The notes beneath the pieces are model-generated. The model did not search any database, had not been told where the DNA came from, and saw only the letters and a list, made by a program, of their open reading frames with translations. This document shows positions 17,496 to 25,846 of a DNA stretch of 64,000 nt, piece after piece (the first letter of the stretch is position 1; each line of letters starts with the position of its first letter). The position numbers were made by a program, and so were the translations under genes. Source of the stretch: a bacterium (GTDB taxonomy: Bacteria; Zhuqueibacterota; Zhuqueibacteria; Oceanimicrobiales; Oceanimicrobiaceae); assembly GCA_037446635.1 (NCBI GenBank), contig JBBIIG010000014.1, positions 16,294-80,293 of the forward strand. The letters run 5' to 3'.

Positions 17496-20360
17496 ATGAA
17501 AGTGATCAAAATGTTTTTTGCCGTGGGTGTGATTGTTGTGGTTAGCAGTACTTCGGTGTTCGCGAATGGTTACGCGCGCATCACTGGCACGCTGGTCGAT
17601 GCCGAAACCGGCGAGCCGCTGATTGGCGCCAACGTGTTTTTGGAAAACACCACCATCGGCGCCGCCAGCGATCTCGAAGGCCGCTTTACCATCGCCAAAA
17701 TTCCTTCCGGAAATTACACGGTGGTGGTTTCCATTATTGGCTATTCCACCCGCAAGCTGGCCGATGTTAAAATCGTTGCCGGGGAAACAGTCACTCTTAA
17801 TTTGGCGTTGACGCCGGAAGCCGTTGCCACCGCGGACGTGATTGTCACCGCTGCACTGTTAACCAACACCGAGGCCTCGCTTCTGCGGCAGCGCCAGAAA
17901 TCCATTGCCGTTAGCGACGCCATCAGCGCCGAGGCGATTTCGCGTTCGGCGAGCGGATCGGCTGCCGATGCTATGGAGCAGGTGACTGGCGCCTCCATCG
18001 TCGATGGGCGATACATTTACGTGCGCGGTCTCGGCGATCGTTATATGAACACTCAGCTCAACGGCACGCTTCTCCCCAGCGCCGATCCCAACCGCAACAC
18101 GGTTGCGATGGATTTGTTTCCCGCAAAGTTTATCGAGAACATCGTCACCACCAAAACCTTCACGCCGGACAAACCCGGCAACTTCACCGGCGGCAGTGTA
18201 AACATCACCACCAAGTCGTTTCCCGAGCGCTTCTCCATGTCCTTTTCGGCCTCGTCTGCGTTCAATACTCAGACCTCACTGAAAAGCGGACTGACTTATC
18301 CCGGCGGCGATTTAGATTGGCTGGGATTCGATGATGGCACCCGCGATATTCCAGATCCGCTGACGGATCCGAACGTCGTGATCCCGAACATTGGTTCAGC
18401 GTTTACTAATCGCGAACAAGCGTTGGAGTTGGATCGGCTATCAAAGGCATTCAATCCGGTTATGTCGGTCTCCTCAAAAGACGCGCCGGTGGATCAAAGC
18501 TACGCTTTTTCAGTGGGAAACCAGTTGAGTTTGTTGGGCAAGCCGCTGGGATTTTTTATGAGCCTCAGTTACAATCGCAGCTTTTCTTCCTATCATGATG
18601 GACTCACGGCGCAATACAATTTGAGCGGCAAAGTGGCCGAGGTTAACGAGCTGACGAACCTGTTGGAGTTGAACGACTCCAAGAGTTCGGAAGAGGTGTT
18701 GTGGGGCGGTTTGGCCAGCCTCTCTTTCAAGCCCAGCGCCAGCCACAGCCTTCAGGCCAACTTCACCTACAATCGCACTGGTGAATCGCAGGCGCGTTAT
18801 CAAGTCGGTTCGATGCCGCGCGACCTTGCCCCCGGGACGTTTTACGAAACGCGTGTTTTGAAATGGGTCGAGCGCGACCTGCGCTCATTGCAGTTTAGCG
18901 GCGATCACTATTTCAAGAGTCTCTTGAATATGCGGGTGGATTGGGCCAGCTCGCTCACCGGCTCCAAGCAGGATGAGCCAGACCTGCGCTTCTTCAGCAA
19001 CGACTTTACGCCCTCCGTTCGCCAGGGACGAGATACGACCTTCTACGCCATTTCGGTGTCAAACTATTCGCGCCCCGTGCGTTATTACCGCAACCTCGAG
19101 GAAAATATTTGGGACTCGTATCTCAACATTTCCATTCCATTCAAGCAATGGAGCGGTTTGGGCAGCTCGTTCAAATTTGGCGGCGCTTACGGATTGAAAG
19201 ATCGCACCTTTCGCGAGCGGCGCTACGAATATTTTCAATCATCCATTCGCTACAGCGGCGATCCGGAATCGTTTTTCGCCCCAGAAAATGTCGGCATCGT
19301 TGACAGCACCTCGGGCCGGTTCTACCGGTTTGGCAACTACATTGTGGACGCGACTCAGCCCTCCAGCAACTACGATGGCGAACAGGATATTTACGCTGCT
19401 TTTGCCATGATCGATATGCCACTGCTCCGGCGGCTGCGGCTGATCACCGGCTTGCGGTATGAGACGACGCGCATCGAGGTTGCGAGTCAGGATGCCAGCA
19501 AACAAGCAGGCCAGCTTTCAACAAACGATATCTTGCCGGCCACAAACTTGATTTTTCAATTGACTGAAAATATGAACCTGCGCGCGGCGTACGGCCGGAC
19601 TTTGGCGCGCCCGACATTCCGCGAGTTGGCGCCATTCGCTTCTTTCGATTTTATTGGCGATTTCATTTTCGTCGGCAATGCCAATCTCGAACGCACGCTC
19701 ATCGACAACTTCGACCTGCGCTGGGAATGGTTCTCGCGCCCCGGCGAGATTTTTGCGGTCAGTGGATTCTACAAGAATTTCAAAAATCCCATCGAGCGTG
19801 CCATTGTCTCCAACAACAACAACGGACAATTTCAAAATGTTGACAACGCGCGCGTGATTGGGCTGGAATTTGAGCTGCGCAAGCGCCTCGATCAGATTCA
19901 CCCGATTTTGAGCAACTTTCAAATCGGCGGCAATTTCACTCTCATAAATTCGCGAGTGGATATCCCGCAAAAAGAGCTGTTGCCCATTCTCGCGCTCGAC
20001 CCGAATGCCTCGCATCAGCGCCCATTGCAGGGGCAGTCGCCGTACGTTCTGAACCTCGACCTCGGTTACGACAACAACGCCACGGGCACGGCGGTAAGCG
20101 TGTTCTACAATCTGTTTGGCAGGCGCTTGTCCGAAGTCAGTCTCGGCGGCACACCTAATGTGTTCGAGCAAGCGCGCAGCACGCTGGACGTCACGCTTTC
20201 GCAGAAAATCTGGAAAGGGTTCGCATTGAGAGCTTCCGCAAAGAACCTGCTCGATACCAGTGTTCGCAAGTCACACGCTTATAAAGGCCAGGAGTTTGTG
20301 GTTTCCGAGTACAAGTTGGGGCGCACCTTGTCATTTGGAACAAGCTTCAGTATTAATTGA
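17496..20360 (+). CDS. TonB-dependent receptor with an N-terminal carboxypeptidase-regulatory-like domain
   Basis: Signal peptide, then ITGTLVDAETGEPLIGANVFLENTTIGAASDLEGRFTIAKIPSGNYTVVVSIIGY, a plug domain (VTGASIVDGRYIYVRGLGDRY), a long beta-rich barrel and a terminal aromatic-rich strand. Confidence 0.9.
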   Translation: MKVIKMFFAVGVIVVVSSTSVFANGYARITGTLVDAETGEPLIGANVFLENTTIGAASDLEGRFTIAKIPSGNYTVVVSIIGYSTRKLADVKIVAGETVTLNLALTPEAVATADVIVTAALLTNTEASLLRQRQKSIAVSDAISAEAISRSASGSAADAMEQVTGASIVDGRYIYVRGLGDRYMNTQLNGTLLPSADPNRNTVAMDLFPAKFIENIVTTKTFTPDKPGNFTGGSVNITTKSFPERFSMSFSASSAFNTQTSLKSGLTYPGGDLDWLGFDDGTRDIPDPLTDPNVVIPNIGSAFTNREQALELDRLSKAFNPVMSVSSKDAPVDQSYAFSVGNQLSLLGKPLGFFMSLSYNRSFSSYHDGLTAQYNLSGKVAEVNELTNLLELNDSKSSEEVLWGGLASLSFKPSASHSLQANFTYNRTGESQARYQVGSMPRDLAPGTFYETRVLKWVERDLRSLQFSGDHYFKSLLNMRVDWASSLTGSKQDEPDLRFFSNDFTPSVRQGRDTTFYAISVSNYSRPVRYYRNLEENIWDSYLNISIPFKQWSGLGSSFKFGGAYGLKDRTFRERRYEYFQSSIRYSGDPESFFAPENVGIVDSTSGRFYRFGNYIVDATQPSSNYDGEQDIYAAFAMIDMPLLRRLRLITGLRYETTRIEVASQDASKQAGQLSTNDILPATNLIFQLTENMNLRAAYGRTLARPTFRELAPFASFDFIGDFIFVGNANLERTLIDNFDLRWEWFSRPGEIFAVSGFYKNFKNPIERAIVSNNNNGQFQNVDNARVIGLEFELRKRLDQIHPILSNFQIGGNFTLINSRVDIPQKELLPILALDPNASHQRPLQGQSPYVLNLDLGYDNNATGTAVSVFYNLFGRRLSEVSLGGTPNVFEQARSTLDVTLSQKIWKGFALRASAKNLLDTSVRKSHAYKGQEFVVSEYKLGRTLSFGTSFSIN

Positions 20361-20392
20361 GGCACTCAAGGATTATCAATAGGTGAACCAAC

Positions 20393-20916
20393 ATGAATCC
20401 GCGCGCAAAAACCCATACGAGCCGACTATCAACCCAGTTTGTTTTTGGAATTCTGTTCGTGGCCGGCGTCGCCATCGGCCAGCCTCCGACCGGTTTGACT
20501 TTCAAAGAAACGCGTCAATTGTTTCCATGGGCGGATATGTTTAAACCCATCAAGGATATCAATGAGACGACGAAGATTGCCGAAGTTTGGGATACCGACG
20601 ACCCCATCGAATTGCTTGGTTGGGCGATCGTGAAGGAGATGGCTTACGAGGACCGCGAATTCTCACTCGTCTTAGGCATCAAAAAACAAGATCGCGCGAT
20701 TTCAAAAATCATGATCTCCCACAGGACTTCCTCGCGCAATTCGAGGGCCGAAGCTTGCGCCATAGTTTTGAGATTGTTAAAACGCCGGAGGACGAAATGT
20801 TCTTGCCCCGAAAAGTCAGGCCAATCCGGGATCGCATTGAGCTTTCCGAGGAAATTGCCAAGAGCGTGGAAGAGGTGCTTTCCCTGTTTCAGAAAATGAG
20901 CGAAAACGTCAACTGA
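20393..20916 (+). pseudogene. Hypothetical exported protein (FMN_bind-like layout?) split by a frameshift near 20700-20725
   Basis: Frame A (20393-) gives a signal anchor and ...FSLVLGIKKQDRAISKIMISH. Frame B continues (P)QDFLAQFEGRSLRHSFEIVKTPEDEMFLPRKVRPIRDRIELSEEIAKSVEEVL to the stop at 20916. The junction sits at short A5/C3 runs. Confidence 0.5.
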
Positions 20917-20985
20917 AGATTTGCTAACTCACTCAAATAACCTAATCGAATGACTAATCCTAAACCAGAAGGAGAGGAGGTCTAA

Positions 20986-22647
20986 ATGAAGCGTTGGACA
21001 TTTGTTTTGTTAATCCTGTTATTTCCGGCTGTGCTTGCCGCACAAGGCGTCGTGCAGGTGTTTGATGCGGATATAGTTGGGGATGTGCTTTGGACTAAGA
21101 ACAACACCTACGTTTTGAACGGTTTGGTATTCGTGGAGGACGGCGAGACCTTGACCATCGAAGCTGGCACGGTGGTGAAAGGGAAGCCGGGGCAAGCGGA
21201 GGCGGCGAGTGCGTTAATTGTGGCGCGCGGCGGGAAGATTTTTGCGGAGGGCACGCCGACGCAGCCGATAATTTTCACCGCGGAGGCGGACGACGTGACA
21301 GACCCGAACGATTTGCCGGCGAACACGCGCGGCTTGTGGGGCGGCGTGATTATCTTGGGCCGCGCGGTGATCAACGTGGCAGGCGGGGAGCAGGACATCG
21401 AAGGCATTCCGGTGACGGAGCCGCGGGGGGTTTATGGCGGCACGGACGACGATGACAACAGCGGAGTTTTTCGGTACGTATCGATTCGCTACGGCGGCAC
21501 CAACATCGGGGCCAACAACGAGATCAACGGCTTGACGATGGGCGCGGTGGGGCGCGGGACGACAATTGAATTTGTAGAAGTGTTCAACAACGCGGACGAC
21601 GGCTACGAGTGGTTTGGGGGGACGGTGAACACGCGTTATTTAGTGAGCGCCTTCAACGATGACGACGGTTTTGATTATGATGAAGGGTGGCGCGGCCACA
21701 ACCAATTCTGGTTTTTGATTCAGGCGGAAGACGCCGGCGGTTCGGGCGGTGAGCATGACGGCGGCACGACGCCGGAGGATGGCTTGCCGTTTGCGATCCC
21801 GTTGATTTACAATGCGACGTATATTGGCAGCGGCGCCAGTTCAGCTAACACGCGCAGTGACTTTGCTTTGAACATTCGGGACAACGCGGGCGGGAAGTAT
21901 TACAACAGTATTTTCACGGATTTCTTTGGGCGGGCGGTTCAGATTGAAGATTTGGCGAGTGGGGAAGACAGTCGGGCGCGTTTGGACGCCGGCGATTTGG
22001 TGCTGCAAAACAACATTTGGTTTGGGTTTGGCGCCGGCAGCGCGACCACGGATTTGTTTGCGCAGGATTTCGTGCATACATACATGACCGACGCTGCCAA
22101 CAACAATCGCTTCGTCGATCCCATGCTGAATGGCGTCAGCCGCGCCGCCGATGCCGGCCTTGATCCACGTCCCGATGATGCAAGTCCAGCGTTGAGCGGA
22201 TTCGTTCAGCCGCCGACTGACGGTTTTTTTGCGCCCGTCGATTATGTCGGAGCGTTTGGCGACCAAAACTGGGCAGCCGACTGGACGTTCCTTTCAGAGG
22301 CCGGCTATCTGACGACCGCTGGCGCCCGTACGCCCAACGTGGTCACTTCAGTGGAGGAAGAGCGAATTCCAAACGTTCAGCCCACCAGATTTACGCTCAG
22401 CCAGAATTATCCGAATCCGTTCAACCCGACCACCAACATCAACTATGATTTGGTAACGACTACCCAGGTTCGGTTGACGGTGTACAACCTGCGCGGCCAG
22501 AAAGTCGCCACGCTAGTGGATGGTGTGCGCCCTGCTGGCAGCTACACCGTTACCTGGGATGCCGCAAATCTTTCGAGCGGAATATACATCTACCGTTTGG
22601 AAGCTGGCAAAAATGCCGTCTCGCGTATGATGACGCTTTTGAAGTAA
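20986..22647 (+). CDS. Secreted beta-helix-like protein with a T9SS C-terminal sorting domain
   Basis: Strong RBS and signal peptide. Repetitive G/D-rich body (NNADDGYEWFGGTVN, NDDDGFDYDEGWRG). C-terminal NYPNPFNPTTNINY...GIYIYRLEAGKNAVSRMMTLLK. Confidence 0.85.
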   Translation: MKRWTFVLLILLFPAVLAAQGVVQVFDADIVGDVLWTKNNTYVLNGLVFVEDGETLTIEAGTVVKGKPGQAEAASALIVARGGKIFAEGTPTQPIIFTAEADDVTDPNDLPANTRGLWGGVIILGRAVINVAGGEQDIEGIPVTEPRGVYGGTDDDDNSGVFRYVSIRYGGTNIGANNEINGLTMGAVGRGTTIEFVEVFNNADDGYEWFGGTVNTRYLVSAFNDDDGFDYDEGWRGHNQFWFLIQAEDAGGSGGEHDGGTTPEDGLPFAIPLIYNATYIGSGASSANTRSDFALNIRDNAGGKYYNSIFTDFFGRAVQIEDLASGEDSRARLDAGDLVLQNNIWFGFGAGSATTDLFAQDFVHTYMTDAANNNRFVDPMLNGVSRAADAGLDPRPDDASPALSGFVQPPTDGFFAPVDYVGAFGDQNWAADWTFLSEAGYLTTAGARTPNVVTSVEEERIPNVQPTRFTLSQNYPNPFNPTTNINYDLVTTTQVRLTVYNLRGQKVATLVDGVRPAGSYTVTWDAANLSSGIYIYRLEAGKNAVSRMMTLLK

Positions 22648-22660
22648 CAGTCGACGACTT

Positions 22661-22896
22661 GCCACGCACTTCAAAAGTGCGTGGCACGTTTTGAGTAACC
22701 TGGAATTGCCTGGCACTTTAAAAGTGCCAGGCAATTTTAATCCCGTGCCATGCCCTTCAAAAGTGCCTGGCAAGTGTATAACCAAAAACTCCCTTCACTC
22801 TCGAACCTTTCCTCGAGTCAGGCGCTGGGCTAAGTTAGCCGGCGCCTGTTTTATTTTGAAGTGCACAAGTGCCAGGCACTTTCAAAGTGCCTGGCA
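22661..22896. repeat. Cluster of four family-A palindromes (GCCAGGCACTT-N-AAGTGCCTGGC)
   Basis: Copies at 22661-22685 (variant GCCACGCACTT/AAGTGCGTGGC), 22706-22734, 22747-22772 (degenerate) and 22870-22896. All lie just 3' of a T9SS cargo gene. Confidence 0.9.
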
Positions 22897-22907
22897 CTTT
22901 GTCTCCC

Positions 22908-22923
22908 CGGCTTTTCTGTTGCA
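22908..22923 (+). promoter_or_regulatory. Candidate sigma-54 promoter upstream of lipoprotein gene 22987
   Basis: CGGCTT-TTCTG-TTGCA with correct GG/GC spacing and a perfect -12 TTGCA, but a weak -24 element. It lies 64 nt upstream of the ATG. Confidence 0.35.
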
Positions 22924-22986
22924 TTTCAGGACGATTTGTTTTAAAATTCAACAAAATTCAACAAACAATTTTAGCCGCGATGACTC

Positions 22987-23979
22987 ATGAAACCACAACC
23001 GCAGAAGCTAGCGTTCGTCTACTTCGTTCTGGTTATTTGTGGCTGTCTCAACGACGCCGACCGCAACAACCCGCTCGATCCCGCTTCTCCAAATTTTAAA
23101 AACACCGGGGGCATTTCCGGGCAAACACTTAGTTTTTACTCGCCGTTTTCTCCTATCGCCGATGTGGAAGTTCGTTTAGACCCCGGCCCGCTGTTGACGA
23201 CCAGCGACGCTCAAGGCCGATTTAGTTTTGCAAATTTACTCGCGGCGGCCTACCAGATTCGCGCCTCCAAAGATGGGTATGCCGCAGTTTTCGACACGGT
23301 CGAAGTTCCGCTGCAGCAACTGGCACAAATAAGTTTGAATCTGGACGCCTTGCCCGTGATCACGAACCCCCGCGTCAGCTCCAGCCACATCAGCCGCTGG
23401 TGGCCGCAGACCGATTTGTATTTGCTCGCGGCCAACGTTCGAGTGGAGGATTTAGACGGCGTCAACGACATCGCCACCATCGAGTTGCTGATTCCGGATT
23501 TGAGTTTCGTCGATACGTTGTCGATGACGGCCGCGCCGGGAGTGTTTCAGATTCAGGTTCTGGAATCGCAGTTGCCGGGGCGCAACTTGCAGGAGGTGTT
23601 GGGACGAGAGATTTTGATTCGCGCCAAAGATCGCGCAGGCTTCAACAGCACGTCGGCGCCGCAGTTCATCGCCCGCATTATTGAGGAGGTGCCAATAACG
23701 TTATCTCCGCAGGGATTAGAAACCGTTGCCACCGCCAATCCCACTTTGCAGTGGCAGGCACTGAACCAGCCCTATCGCTTCACGTATCGCGTTGAGTTGT
23801 ATCGCGTGGATTTTGGCATTAACAATCTGGTTTGGCAACGTGGCGAGATTGATCGCGCTACCACAGAAATCATCGTCCCGGAAAATCTGACTCCCGGAAC
23901 TTATTTCTGGACTATCGCCGTAGTTGATGAATTTGGCAACCTGAGCCGCTCGAAAGAGGCCTCGTTTCAAGTGAATTAA
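22987..23979 (+). CDS. Lipoprotein with a carboxypeptidase-regulatory-like domain, otherwise unknown
   Basis: Lipobox VICGC. VEVRLDPGPLLTTSDAQGRFSFANLLAAAYQIRASKDGY. The rest is unrecognised. Confidence 0.7.
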   Translation: MKPQPQKLAFVYFVLVICGCLNDADRNNPLDPASPNFKNTGGISGQTLSFYSPFSPIADVEVRLDPGPLLTTSDAQGRFSFANLLAAAYQIRASKDGYAAVFDTVEVPLQQLAQISLNLDALPVITNPRVSSSHISRWWPQTDLYLLAANVRVEDLDGVNDIATIELLIPDLSFVDTLSMTAAPGVFQIQVLESQLPGRNLQEVLGREILIRAKDRAGFNSTSAPQFIARIIEEVPITLSPQGLETVATANPTLQWQALNQPYRFTYRVELYRVDFGINNLVWQRGEIDRATTEIIVPENLTPGTYFWTIAVVDEFGNLSRSKEASFQVN

Positions 23980-24000
23980 CCGGAGTAAAACGCTTAAGCG
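23971..24000. repeat. Family-C palindrome (CGGAGTRAAACGCTTAAGCGTTTCACTCCG)
   Basis: 14-bp arms with one mismatch. It overlaps the stop codon of 22987-23979 and is related to the units at 29702-29785. Confidence 0.8.
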
Positions 24001-24018
24001 TTTCACTCCGAAGTCTAT

Positions 24019-24042
24019 AGGGGCGTATGACTATACGCCCCT
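24019..24042. repeat. Family-B palindrome (AGGGGCGTAT-N4-ATACGCCCCT)
   Basis: Perfect 10-bp arms. A second copy lies at 32804-32831. Confidence 0.85.
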
Positions 24043-24059
24043 GCGAAGTGAACCACCAA

Positions 24060-25547
24060 ATGCAAATCAAATCCAACAACTCGCGCTCTTCCCTCGAAGC
24101 CCTTTCCGAAATCGCGCAGGTGATCAACACCATTCAGGAGATCGATCCCCTGCTCGAAAAAGTTTTGGAGATCGCAATGGCCACGCTGGAAGCGGAGCGC
24201 GGATTCGTGCTGCTAAAATCTGCCGCGGCGCCGCAGGGTTTCGAAATCCGCAGCAGCCGCAATTTCGCCGAAACGCAGATTTCCGATCTCACCCGCATTT
24301 CCACCAGCGTGGTGCAAGCGGTGCTGAGCGCCGGCGAACCGTTGCTGGTTTATGAAGCGCAGACCGATCCCAAATTCCGCGAGACCGAGAGCGTGGTGCT
24401 GCAAAAAATCCAGTCCATTGCCTGTGTGCCGCTGCGGCTGAAAGCCAAACAGATCGGCGCCATTTATCTCGACAGCCTCACCCGCCGCAGCAAATTCACG
24501 CAGGACAGCCTGCCGTTTCTGACGGCGTTCGCCAATCAGGCCGCCATCGCCATTGAAAATGCCAAGCTCTATCACGCCCTGCGGGATGAAAATCGCCGGC
24601 TGCGCTCTGAGGTGCAGCGGCTGCACGGTTTCAAAGAGATCATCGGGCAGAGCCCGAAGATGCGCGCGGTGTTCGACATGCTGAGCCGGGTAGTGGAGTC
24701 CGATGCCACCGTGCTCATCGAAGGCGAGAGCGGCACCGGCAAAGAACTGATCGCCCGCGCGCTGCATTACAACGGGCCGCGCAAAGACCAGCCGTTCATG
24801 GCGCTGTTTTGCGGCTCGCTGCCGGACTCGCTGTTGGAAAGCGAGCTCTTCGGCCACAAAAAGGGCGCGTTCACCGGCGCGGTTTCGGACAAACGCGGAC
24901 TTTTTGAAGCGGCGGACGGCGGCACGTTTTTTCTCGATGAAATCGGCGATCTCAGCCCGCAAATTCAAACCAAGCTGTTGCGCGTTTTGCAGGAGGGCGA
25001 AATCAAACGCGTGGGCGAAAATCAAATTCGCAAAGTGGACGTGCGCATCGTCTCCGCTACCAACAAAGTGCTCAAAGATTTGGTGAAAGCCGGCAGCTTT
25101 CGCGAAGACTTGTTTTATCGCCTCAACACCATCAACATCGTGTTGCCGCCGCTGCGCCAGCGCAAAAGCGACATCCCGCTTTTAGCGCATCACTTTCTCG
25201 ACAAGTATGCCGCCAAGAAAAAAAATCACATCAAAGGATTCGACAAATCCGCGCTCGAGGCGTTGACGAATTATTTGTGGCCCGGCAACGTGCGCGAGCT
25301 GGAAAACACGATCGAACGCGCGGTGGTGATGGCGCGCGGTGAGTTTATCACCGTCGCGGATTTGCAACTGCCGAAAAATGAGCCCGCGGCAGAAATCGAA
25401 TCCGGTTTAACTCTGGAAGAAGTCGAAAAGCGGTTGGTGCAAAAAACATTGCTGGATCAAAACCATAATATCTCCGAAACCGCGCGCGTGCTGGGCGTGT
25501 CGCGGCGCTGGCTGCATTATAAAATCAAAGAATGGAATATTTCGTGA
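24060..25547 (+). CDS. Sigma-54-dependent transcriptional activator (GAF - AAA+ - Fis HTH), paralogue of 8063-9613
   Basis: [24 protein letters not shown], and a C-terminal HTH ([22 protein letters not shown]). ATG 24060 is preferred because ATG 24027 sits inside the family-B hairpin. Confidence 0.95.
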   Translation: MQIKSNNSRSSLEALSEIAQVINTIQEIDPLLEKVLEIAMATLEAERGFVLLKSAAAPQGFEIRSSRNFAETQISDLTRISTSVVQAVLSAGEPLLVYEAQTDPKFRETESVVLQKIQSIACVPLRLKAKQIGAIYLDSLTRRSKFTQDSLPFLTAFANQAAIAIENAKLYHALRDENRRLRSEVQRLHGFKEIIGQSPKMRAVFDMLSRVVESDATVLIEGESGTGKELIARALHYNGPRKDQPFMALFCGSLPDSLLESELFGHKKGAFTGAVSDKRGLFEAADGGTFFLDEIGDLSPQIQTKLLRVLQEGEIKRVGENQIRKVDVRIVSATNKVLKDLVKAGSFREDLFYRLNTINIVLPPLRQRKSDIPLLAHHFLDKYAAKKKNHIKGFDKSALEALTNYLWPGNVRELENTIERAVVMARGEFITVADLQLPKNEPAAEIESGLTLEEVEKRLVQKTLLDQNHNISETARVLGVSRRWLHYKIKEWNIS

Positions 25548-25593
25548 GCAATTCGTAAATCGCTGAGCAAGGTGTTAATTAAGAGAATGGAGT

Positions 25594-25830
25594 ATTGGAT
25601 TGATGGAGTAATGGATTAATGCGCCAGCGTTCCCACTCCTTGCCAAGGAGGGGGTTAGGGGGGTCGGTGATCTGATGTGGAGTTGTGGAGTACTGGATTA
25701 ATAGATGACTGCTTTGGGACGATGCGCTCTTCGCTTGACCCGTACGAATGTGCGCTTTTTCATCACTCCACTACTCCATCAATCCATTACTCCAATAATC
25801 CAATAATCCAATAATCCATCAACTCCGTCA
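25594..25830. repeat. Family-G array pair: forward TGGAGTA/TGGATTA units (25594-25631) and inverted units (25771-25830) around a ~140 bp core
   Basis: Left arm: atggagtattggattgatggagtaatggattaatg. Right arm: catcactccactactccatcaatccattactccaataatccaataatccaataatccatcaactcc. Confidence 0.85.
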
Positions 25831-25846
25831 TCGAAATTATCAAGAC

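Noticed and set aside
22661-22896. Family-A palindromes as sigma-54 promoters, since they contain TGGCAC
   Set aside because: Within the palindrome the next GC dinucleotide lies 14 nt from the GG rather than 12 nt, and there is no TTGC element. Their position directly after stop codons fits a 3'-end hairpin better.
24027-24059. ATG 24027 as the start of the sigma-54 activator
   Set aside because: The codon lies inside the family-B hairpin (24019-24042) and adds a non-conserved MTIRPCEVNHQ peptide. ATG 24060 is more plausible.
24213-25025. 270-aa minus-strand ORF
   Set aside because: It is antisense to the AAA+ core of the sigma-54 activator, whose motifs ([14 protein letters not shown]) are unambiguous on the + strand.
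25594-25830. Possible CRISPR array (short repeated units)
   Set aside because: The units are ~8 nt, degenerate and contiguous, with no unique spacers of 25-40 nt. The two blocks are inverted relative to each other. No cas genes are nearby.
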